DNA of 64,000 bases from Flavobacteriales bacterium (GTDB lineage: Bacteria > Bacteroidota > Bacteroidia > Flavobacteriales_F > PHOS-HE28), in contig JBGTIB010000306.1 in assembly GCA_041745875.1 (NCBI GenBank), forward strand, positions 298-64,297, written 5' to 3'. A program made the position numbers and the translations under genes. The notes beneath the pieces were generated by a model. The model saw nothing but the letters and a program-made list of their open reading frames with translations. It searched no databases and was not told where the DNA came from. Shown here one piece after another: positions 43,898 to 51,909 of the stretch; within the stretch, counting starts at the first letter, position 1, and every line of letters starts with the position of its first letter.

Positions 43898-45628
43898 ATG
43901 TCGCGGTCCATCCTATTCATTGCGTTCATTGTTGTCTCTCTTCACGTGGAAGCCCAGAGCGTGGGCATCAGCGCGGATGGGGCAGCACCACACGCATCGG
44001 CCCTGCTCGATGTGAACGTGGCCGCATTGGCGGCGAACAACAAGAAGGGCCTGCTTGTGCCGCGCATGAATACCAGCGAACGGGAAGCCATCGCTGATCC
44101 CGCCCAAGGATTGTTGGTATTCGACATCACGCTGAACGAATTCTGGTTCCACGATGGGACCGCCTGGATGGCTGTAGCGGCAACGAGCACGATCTGGTCC
44201 GTTACCGGGAACGCAGGCACCGGGGCCACCGACTTCATCGGCACGAACGCCGGTAGTACAACGCTCGAATTCCGTGCGAACAACGAGCGTGTCGGCTACA
44301 CGGCAGACGGGGTGTCCCGGGTCTCCTTCGGTCATCTGGCCATGCCTCTTGCGACAGGTGTGAACAATACTGCCTTTGGTAAGAACGCTTTACAGAACCT
44401 TGGCACGGGAACGAACAACACGGCGATAGGAACCAATGCATTGAACGCCTTGACCACAGGTGTGTCGAACACCGCCGTGGGCTATCATGCCTTGCGATAT
44501 GCGACCGGATCGCGGAACACCGCGCTGGGCTACAATGCGATGGAGCAGAATACCACCGGTTCGGACAACACGGCGATCGGGCTGAGCGCGTCCCGTTACA
44601 ATCTCATTGGCAGCCGGAACACCGCCGTGGGCAGTGGAGCGCTGGAGAACAACACCAGTTCGGACAATACCGCCGTAGGCTACCAGGCATTGCAAAGCAA
44701 CACCACGGGCGAGTCGAACTCGGCGATGGGCTCGCGGTGCATGGCGAACCAGACAGTGGGGTCGCGGAACACAGCGATGGGCTATCTGGCCATGGAGCTG
44801 AATGTGAGCGGTATTCGCAACTGCGCCATCGGAGCGAGTGCGAGCCGGAACAATCTCACCGGTTCCTACAATGTGGCTTTCGGAAAGGACGCACTACGAT
44901 CGAATCTCAGCTCCTACAATACCGCAAGCGGCATGACCAGTGCCTTCAGTGTCACCACCGGCAGCTACAATACGGCCCTCGGCTATTTCACGTTGATCGC
45001 GGTGACCACAGGCAATTACAATACGGGGATCGGGCCGTTCGCAGGACCCGAGGGGAACTACACCAACACCACGGCCATCGGCAATGCCGCGACGCCAACC
45101 GCCAACAACCGCATCACCATCGGCAGCGTGGCCAACAACAACCTCACCGGTGGCCACGGTACCTGGCAGAATTTCTCCGATGCGCGCTTCAAGAAGAATG
45201 TTCGTTCCGATGTGCCCGGGCTGGACCTCATTCTGCGCCTTCGCCCGGTCACCTACCTCCTTGATGCCGAAGCGATCGAGAAGCGCACGGGTTCCTGGCA
45301 GCGCATGGATACAATGACCACCGGTGACCTTCGGGCCACGTACATGCAAAGGCTCGCCGAGGTTACAAGCGATCGCCAGACCGGATTCATCGCGCAGGAA
45401 GTGGAGGCGGCCGTCGAAGCCATCGGCTATCCGTTCGATGGGGTACATCACCCTGCGGATGACGCCGATCACTATACGCTCGGCTACGAGCAGTTCACCC
45501 TGCCTTTGATCAATGCGGTGAAGGAGCAACAAATGCAGATCGAAGAAATGGAGGCCTTGAACGCCAGGCTACACCAGCGTGTGCAGGAGCTTATCGAGTT
45601 ACGCGCCGAACGAACAGCGAAGCCATGA
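43898..45628 (+). CDS. tail-fibre-domain protein (S74 C-terminal chaperone domain)
   Basis: Signal peptide MSRSILFIAFIVVSLHVEAQ; N-terminal module GISADGAAPHASALLDV...GLLVPRMNTSEREAI..PAQGLLVFD...FWFHDGTAW; NTA.G..AL..NT.G repeats; SDARFKKNV...LRPVTYLLD. Confidence 0.85.
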   Translation: MSRSILFIAFIVVSLHVEAQSVGISADGAAPHASALLDVNVAALAANNKKGLLVPRMNTSEREAIADPAQGLLVFDITLNEFWFHDGTAWMAVAATSTIWSVTGNAGTGATDFIGTNAGSTTLEFRANNERVGYTADGVSRVSFGHLAMPLATGVNNTAFGKNALQNLGTGTNNTAIGTNALNALTTGVSNTAVGYHALRYATGSRNTALGYNAMEQNTTGSDNTAIGLSASRYNLIGSRNTAVGSGALENNTSSDNTAVGYQALQSNTTGESNSAMGSRCMANQTVGSRNTAMGYLAMELNVSGIRNCAIGASASRNNLTGSYNVAFGKDALRSNLSSYNTASGMTSAFSVTTGSYNTALGYFTLIAVTTGNYNTGIGPFAGPEGNYTNTTAIGNAATPTANNRITIGSVANNNLTGGHGTWQNFSDARFKKNVRSDVPGLDLILRLRPVTYLLDAEAIEKRTGSWQRMDTMTTGDLRATYMQRLAEVTSDRQTGFIAQEVEAAVEAIGYPFDGVHHPADDADHYTLGYEQFTLPLINAVKEQQMQIEEMEALNARLHQRVQELIELRAERTAKP

Positions 45629-47373
45629 TGCGCACCTGTTCAGCACTACCGACGCGCTTCGTGCTCGCACTGTTATGGTGCGTGCCGTTCGGCATGAGCG
45701 CTCAAAATGTCGGCATCAGCTTGGATGGGGCCGTCCCGCATGCAAGTGCCCTGCTCGACGTGGATGTGAGCGGATCGCCCGCCAATGGCAAACGCGGTAT
45801 GCTGATACCACGCATGACCACGGCCGAACGCGTGGCCATGCCCGCACCGGCTACCAGCACGCTGGTCTATGACACCACCGCGAACGGCTTCTGGTACTTC
45901 AACGGTATGGCATGGGTCCCCTGGGCACTGGTGGACAATGGATGGCGTACGACCGGCAATGCGGGGCTCACACAAGGGACGCATTTCATCGGCACGACGG
46001 ATGATGCCAACGTACGATTGCGGGTGAACAATGTGCAGGCGGGCCACCTCGCCGATGGCATTACCAGTTTCGGAGCCAATGCGGGCGCCACCACGGGAAC
46101 GGACCACACGGCCTTCGGCTACCAAGCGGCAGCGGGTTTGGATGCATTGAACGAGGTACGGAACACAGCGGTGGGATACCGTGCTGCGCTGAGCGTGACC
46201 GGTACGGCGAATAACACTGTGATAGGCAGCGAAGCTTTGTTGGCGGCAAGCGTGCTGTCATTTGTCAACACGGTGATCGGCCATCGGGCGCTGGCCTCTA
46301 CGGAATATGCCACAGCATGTGTAGCGGTAGGTCACCGTGCATCGGAACTCGCTATCAATATCAGTTCTTCCGCAGTGGTAGGGGCCCAGGCCGGGGCCAA
46401 TGGTACGGTCGATGGGAGCGTAGCCGTCGGCTATCAAGCAGGAATGGCAGGGCTCGACTATGGTCACGCGGTTTTCGGTAGCCGAGCTGCTGGCGCCAGG
46501 GCTTTCGGTGCGAACGCTTCACTTGCGCTCAATACGAATGTCGTAGCGAATGCCTTCGGTTACAGCGCGCTCGCCAGCACCACTACCGGGGACAGGAATG
46601 TCGCGGTAGGGTATACCGCCCTAGTAGCCAACACCACCGGTTCGTACAACACGGCCATCGGCGCACGTGCCATGATAAGTTCCACAGGCAGTTTCAATTC
46701 GGCCACAGGTTACCTGGCGCTGGGTAACCTGATCAGTGGTACGAACAACACAGCGCTGGGTGCGCTCGCAGGTCCGACCAACACAGCGTTGAGCTTCACC
46801 AGTGCCATCGGGTACAACAGTGTGCCGACCGCCAACGGAAGGATGGTATTCGGTACCACCTTGAGCACCAACCTCACCGGAGGATATGGCGCCTGGCAGA
46901 ACCCATCCGATGCACGCTTCAAGCGCGATGTGCGTACCGATGTGCCGGGCATCGAGTTCATCAGGCTGCTCAGGCCGGTGACATACAACCTGGATGCACC
47001 GGCGATCGAGCATTTCACAGGCGCGGAAGCGCGACTGGCCAGCTTGGAGGACCCCGTTCCGTTACAAGAGCATCGACAAGGATGGCACGCGGTCGCCAAT
47101 GCACGGTGCACAGGTCTGCTTGCACAGGAAGTAGCAGCGGCATTGGACAGTTTGGGGGCTGAACTGGACATCGTTCACCGGCCTGCGAACGAACAAGATC
47201 ACTACACGCTTTCCTATGCGGCGCTTGTGGTACCGCTGGTGCGAACCGTACAACAGCAGCAGGAACGGATAGCAGCGCTGCGCACATCCAACCGCGCCTT
47301 GATCGAGCAGCTCGAAGCCCTTGAACGGCATGAGGTGGAGACGCACTGGTCAGCACAGCGCAGGGAACAGTAG
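45625..47373 (+). CDS. tail-fibre-domain protein (S74 C-terminal chaperone domain)
   Basis: ATGA overlap with the upstream gene; same N-terminal module (GISLDGAVPHASALLDV...GMLIPRMTTAERVAM); SDARFKRDV...LRPVTYNLD. Confidence 0.85.
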   Translation: MMRTCSALPTRFVLALLWCVPFGMSAQNVGISLDGAVPHASALLDVDVSGSPANGKRGMLIPRMTTAERVAMPAPATSTLVYDTTANGFWYFNGMAWVPWALVDNGWRTTGNAGLTQGTHFIGTTDDANVRLRVNNVQAGHLADGITSFGANAGATTGTDHTAFGYQAAAGLDALNEVRNTAVGYRAALSVTGTANNTVIGSEALLAASVLSFVNTVIGHRALASTEYATACVAVGHRASELAINISSSAVVGAQAGANGTVDGSVAVGYQAGMAGLDYGHAVFGSRAAGARAFGANASLALNTNVVANAFGYSALASTTTGDRNVAVGYTALVANTTGSYNTAIGARAMISSTGSFNSATGYLALGNLISGTNNTALGALAGPTNTALSFTSAIGYNSVPTANGRMVFGTTLSTNLTGGYGAWQNPSDARFKRDVRTDVPGIEFIRLLRPVTYNLDAPAIEHFTGAEARLASLEDPVPLQEHRQGWHAVANARCTGLLAQEVAAALDSLGAELDIVHRPANEQDHYTLSYAALVVPLVRTVQQQQERIAALRTSNRALIEQLEALERHEVETHWSAQRREQ

Positions 47374-47374
47374 C

Positions 47375-49153
47375 ATGCAACGTAAGACCTTCAACCTGGT
47401 ATTGGCGATCGGCGTAAGCTGCTTGACCGGCGTTACGACCAATGCGCAGGTCGGCATCAACACCAATGGGGGCGCACCCGCTGCCTCCGCCATGCTCGAT
47501 GTGGATGCAAGCGCGTTGCCCGCCAATGGGAAGCGGGGCTTGCTACTGCCGCGGATGACCGCCGGAGAGCGTGAAGCGATCCCAGCTCCGGCAACCGGAC
47601 TTCTCGTGTATGAGACGACCACCAATGCCTATTGGTACTTCAATGGAACGCTCTGGATGCAATTATTCGGATCGTACACGGACTGGCAGTTCCCAGGCAA
47701 CACGGGCATCGTGCCGGGCACGCATTTCCTGGGCACCAACACTGCCGTACCGCTGGAATTCCGGCGCAACAATATGCGCAGCGCCTGGGTCTCGTCCGCA
47801 GGAACGAATACCGCATGGGGTTACCTGGCGCTGGCAGTGAACTCAGGCACGAACAATACGGCGCTCGGATCCAGGGCGCTGGCTGCCAGCACGACCGGTT
47901 CGAGGAACACGGCCGTGGGTTCGAATGCCCTGGCCAACAGTGGTAGCTCGAACAGTGTGGCTGTTGGCGCGAACGCCCTACGTGTTGGAACATCCGTGAT
48001 CGCCCAGACCGCAGTAGGGGCCCGCGCCATGGAGAACTATACAAGCGGTGCGGGCAATACGGCCGTTGGGTCGAACGCACTCTTGGTGGCAACCCCCACG
48101 AATTGCACTGCGGTTGGGCAGATCGCACTGCAATATTCGACGGGTGCGAACAACACAGTATTCGGCAATCAAACGATGATCGCCAATACGAATGGCTCGG
48201 GGAATACCGCGTTCGGATCTTTGGCCTTATCCAGCCTTGCGTCCGGCTCCAACAATACGCTCATAGGCCGTATGAATTATTTCACTTCTGGTAGCGACAA
48301 CACCAGCGTCGGGGCCTTTTACTATTTGACAAGTGGTACCGGGAATTGTGGTATTGGAGGGGGTGGGGGAGACAATACCGGCAACTACAACACGCTAATG
48401 GGTTCCGGGTCACACCTGGACAATGATGATGGCGCTTACGGTACGGCGTTGGGTGCAGGAACGCTGGGGTATATGCCGAACACCCCCTCATCAACGGACT
48501 TTTGCACGGCCGCAGGTTATGTTGCCTTTACCGGCATCACGGCAAACAATATGACGGCCATCGGATACAACGCCATGGCACCTGGCGGTAACGTGATCCG
48601 CTTCGGTAACGCGGCCAACAACACCGGCCTTATTGGCGGCTTCGGGGCGTGGCAGAACCTTAGCGATGCGCGATACAAGAAGAACGTGCGAGAGAACGTG
48701 CCTGGACTGGACTTCATCCTCCGGCTGCGCCCGGTCACCTATCGCTTTGATGTGAACGCTTACGACACGTTCACTGGTCTCGCCGATCACATGACCCCCG
48801 AACGGAGTTCTGAAGAGCTTGCCACTTACACTACCCACGCAAATGCCTCGTCTGACATCCGCCGCATCGGCTTCATCGCACAGGAAGTGGAAAGCGCCGC
48901 CGAATCACTGGGCTTCGAGTTCTCCGGGGTGCATCGACCCATGGACGACAAGGACCACTACACCATCGGCTACGAACAGTTCGTGGTGCCCCTGGTGAAA
49001 GCGGTACAGGAGCAGCAGGAGCAGCTTGACACCATGCTCGTTGAGTTGAACGCAGCGATGCTCCGTGTGGAACTACTAAGCGCCGACATACGCGAGGGCG
49101 TTACACTTCCCGCAATGCCGCCGCGCACTTCGGCAAACTCCCAACGGCCATGA
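47375..49153 (+). CDS. tail-fibre-domain protein (S74 C-terminal chaperone domain)
   Basis: Start at MQRKTFNLVLAIGVSCLTGVTTNAQ, 1 nt after the previous stop; same N-terminal module; SDARYKKNV...LRPVTYRFD. Confidence 0.85.
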   Translation: MQRKTFNLVLAIGVSCLTGVTTNAQVGINTNGGAPAASAMLDVDASALPANGKRGLLLPRMTAGEREAIPAPATGLLVYETTTNAYWYFNGTLWMQLFGSYTDWQFPGNTGIVPGTHFLGTNTAVPLEFRRNNMRSAWVSSAGTNTAWGYLALAVNSGTNNTALGSRALAASTTGSRNTAVGSNALANSGSSNSVAVGANALRVGTSVIAQTAVGARAMENYTSGAGNTAVGSNALLVATPTNCTAVGQIALQYSTGANNTVFGNQTMIANTNGSGNTAFGSLALSSLASGSNNTLIGRMNYFTSGSDNTSVGAFYYLTSGTGNCGIGGGGGDNTGNYNTLMGSGSHLDNDDGAYGTALGAGTLGYMPNTPSSTDFCTAAGYVAFTGITANNMTAIGYNAMAPGGNVIRFGNAANNTGLIGGFGAWQNLSDARYKKNVRENVPGLDFILRLRPVTYRFDVNAYDTFTGLADHMTPERSSEELATYTTHANASSDIRRIGFIAQEVESAAESLGFEFSGVHRPMDDKDHYTIGYEQFVVPLVKAVQEQQEQLDTMLVELNAAMLRVELLSADIREGVTLPAMPPRTSANSQRP

Positions 49154-50670
49154 AATTCCCGGGACTACTCTCTGCCTTGTTATGTGCTCCGGCAGCATTC
49201 GGGCAACTGTGTTCGGCAGAGGGTGTTGTGATCTCCATTGCCACAGGTACCGTGCTCACCGTGGAAGGTGACATCCTGCTGAACACCAGCGCCACCTGTG
49301 CCAATCAGGGCGAGTTGCGCGTGGCCGGCGATTGGACCAATGCCAGCGGTGGTTCCGTGATGACCGCCGCCAGTGCCGGTGTGGTCCACTTGTACGATGG
49401 CCCCCAAACGATCGATGGTACTTCCGTCACCGACTTCCGCAACCTGCGCATCAGTGGCGGGGACAAAACCCTTGAACAGGATGCAGTGGTCGGTCTGCCT
49501 GGTTCAGCCACTGGAACACTGGACCTCGATGGGGCCACGCTGCTGCTGAACGGACGCACGTTCTCCGTGTTCAATGCCGCCGCGACCGCTGTGGTCGACA
49601 ATGGGGGCAGCGTACGCAGCGAGAGCGTCGATCTGGCAAGCCGCTTCCAGTGGGCACTTGGCGCGGATGTGGGCGAGCATCGCATCCCTTTCAGCACGGC
49701 GGCGGGTACTGCTTTGCCATTCGCCTTTACGCCAGTAGCGCCCTACGCCGCCAACACTTTGTTGAGCGTTGCCACCTATCCCACAGCACCGGACAACACA
49801 CCCTACGCGGTGACCCCGAACCAGCAGGTGTTGCACATCATGGGCTTCGAGGTGGTGGACAACAGCCCCAATACCGTGGACCGTTTCTGGCTGGTGGACC
49901 TGCCCAACGGAAACTTCACTGGCGAGTTGCTCCTGAGCTACACGCCGCCGGAGGATGCGACCATGGGCCCCGGCCCTGTGCGCGCCCAGCGCTGGCTTGA
50001 GAGTGCAGGTACCTGGCAACCGCCACTGCCCGGGCAAAGCAACCCCGGCTTGCGCGAAGCCTTGGTACCAGCAGTGCTGTTCAGCGAAAGCGTGAACCCC
50101 GTGAATGAGCACATCTGGGCAATGGCCTACGCCAATTTGCCCCTGCCTATTGAACTGATCGCCTTCGACGCCATCGCCGTGGACAACGCCCATGTCCATT
50201 GCCTGTGGACCACCGCCAGCGAACGTGACAACGACCACTTTACCGTGGAGCGCAGCCGCGATGCGGTGCTGTTCGAGGAGGTGGGACAGGTACCAGGTGC
50301 CGGTCATTCCAATACCCCCTTGCATTACACCTTCAACGACATGAGGCCCTATCCGGGCGTGAGCTACTACCGCCTGCGCCAGACGGACTTCGATGGTACC
50401 GCGACGTGGTCACAGGCAGTCCCCGTTCACTTTACGACAACAGTTGGCGTAAGCGTGTACCCCAACCCGAACAATGGCGCGTTCACCATACATCGGCAGC
50501 AGGCGGACCTTCCGCTGTCCTTGCAACTGACCGACGGCCTGGGCAGGCTTGTACACAGTTGGAACATGCCCCAGGGAGTGGACCGGCAGTCCGTACAGTT
50601 CGACCTGGCCAGCGGTGCTTACACCCTCCGTTGGGACAACGAGCAACTGAAGCTGGTCATCAGCCGGTGA
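49150..50670 (+). CDS. T9SS C-terminal-sorting-domain protein
   Basis: ATGA overlap with the upstream fibre gene; signal peptide; LPIELIAFDA...VERSRDAVLFEEVG...SYYRLRQTDFDG module; CTD VSVYPNPNNGAFTI. Confidence 0.8.
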   Translation: MKFPGLLSALLCAPAAFGQLCSAEGVVISIATGTVLTVEGDILLNTSATCANQGELRVAGDWTNASGGSVMTAASAGVVHLYDGPQTIDGTSVTDFRNLRISGGDKTLEQDAVVGLPGSATGTLDLDGATLLLNGRTFSVFNAAATAVVDNGGSVRSESVDLASRFQWALGADVGEHRIPFSTAAGTALPFAFTPVAPYAANTLLSVATYPTAPDNTPYAVTPNQQVLHIMGFEVVDNSPNTVDRFWLVDLPNGNFTGELLLSYTPPEDATMGPGPVRAQRWLESAGTWQPPLPGQSNPGLREALVPAVLFSESVNPVNEHIWAMAYANLPLPIELIAFDAIAVDNAHVHCLWTTASERDNDHFTVERSRDAVLFEEVGQVPGAGHSNTPLHYTFNDMRPYPGVSYYRLRQTDFDGTATWSQAVPVHFTTTVGVSVYPNPNNGAFTIHRQQADLPLSLQLTDGLGRLVHSWNMPQGVDRQSVQFDLASGAYTLRWDNEQLKLVISR

Positions 50671-50725
50671 GGAGCTGTTGACCCCGCCGCCTTCTCAAGG
50701 ACCCGCACGCCAGTGCGCCACTTCA

Positions 50726-50770
50726 TGTCGGGTTTTTACTTGCCGAACGCCCTCGCATCTTCTTGCTTCG
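50726..50770 (+). promoter_or_regulatory. conserved bipartite motif copy 2
   Basis: tgtcgggtttttacttg-N20-ttgcttcg, 44 nt upstream of the AraC ATG. Confidence 0.55.
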
Positions 50771-50814
50771 GAGATCTCTTCAGACCCCCGCCTAACCCGA
50801 ACGTGGTATTTCAA

Positions 50815-51738
50815 ATGCCGCCGCAGCCCCCAACCTTCGGTGTACCGAACGGTAGCCCCATGGATGCCTGGTCCGAAGCGATGCCCAAATCCGAAAGCCA
50901 ACTTCAAGCGCCACCCCTGTTCGCCGACTACGGTGAGTACATCCCCGTTGCGAACGATCCCTTGTTCGGCGTGGTGCAGCGTATGGCGCATATGCATTTC
51001 CTGGCTCCGCTGCCACCGGAGCAGCTGGCACCGGACAGCTACATCAAGTTGGCATTGATCCTGGATGGTGAGCCACACTACTTCGATGGCCAAGGCGAAC
51101 CCCTGGACTGGCACGATGGCTTTGCCGGTCATGTCCCCCCTCGCAAAGGCATTGTGACAAAAAGTGATGGACCTGTCCGCTGCCTGATGGCAAACTTCTA
51201 TCCGAGTGCCTTCTTCCAACTGTTCGGAGGCCCGGTAGATCGGTTCAATGGTCTCATGATACCACCCGAACAACTGCTGGGCGATGGTGCTGCGACGCTC
51301 TATGCGGGAGTGCGCGCCACCCATGACCCACGGATAGCACTCGATGTGGTGAAGTGTTTCCTGCGCGAACTGATCACAGAACAGGCACCCGCGCAACCGT
51401 CACCCATCGCGCGACTCGAACATTACATCCGCGAACGCAAAGGCATGGTGCTGGTGAACGAGCTCGCCGAGCTGGCAGGTCTTTCCGAACGCCAGCTTCA
51501 GCGCCGCTTCAAGGAGGAGGTGGGTCTTTCGCCCAAAGCCTTCTGTTCGGTGGTGCGCTTCAACCACGTGTACAGCGAAATGAAACGCACTGGAAAACTG
51601 GACCTTGATGTAGCCCTGGCCTGTGGCTACTTCGATGAGAGCCACATGATGAAGGATCTCTCCTACTTTCTGGGTAAGGCGCCAAAACGTTTCGTATCGC
51701 TCATTCGCCCCATGGTGGACCTGAACCTGGGGCACTGA
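50815..51738 (+). CDS. AraC/XylS family transcriptional regulator (copy A)
   Basis: C-terminal dual HTH (VNELAELAGLSERQLQRRFKEEVGLSPKAFCSVVRFNHVY...ACGYFDESHMMKDLSYFLGKAP). Start set at MPPQPP because the paralog's upstream extension is in a different frame. Confidence 0.8.
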   Translation: MPPQPPTFGVPNGSPMDAWSEAMPKSESQLQAPPLFADYGEYIPVANDPLFGVVQRMAHMHFLAPLPPEQLAPDSYIKLALILDGEPHYFDGQGEPLDWHDGFAGHVPPRKGIVTKSDGPVRCLMANFYPSAFFQLFGGPVDRFNGLMIPPEQLLGDGAATLYAGVRATHDPRIALDVVKCFLRELITEQAPAQPSPIARLEHYIRERKGMVLVNELAELAGLSERQLQRRFKEEVGLSPKAFCSVVRFNHVYSEMKRTGKLDLDVALACGYFDESHMMKDLSYFLGKAPKRFVSLIRPMVDLNLGH

Positions 51739-51759
51739 TAACAAATGCTTCATACGCCG

Positions 51760-51804
51760 TGTCGGGTTCTTACTTGAACGGGGCGGTCGCCTGCTATTGC
51801 TTCG
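51760..51804 (+). promoter_or_regulatory. conserved bipartite motif copy 3
   Basis: tgtcgggttcttacttg-N20-ttgcttcg, begins 21 nt after the AraC stop and ends 105 nt upstream of the 51910 ATG. Confidence 0.55.
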
Positions 51805-51909
51805 AGGTCCGAACCGATAAGACCGTCATACCACACGCATATCACTGAGCACGCGGCACCATAATTCAAATTCCCCTTGTAGCAAGGTCATTGATCCGCG
51901 TTGCACTCC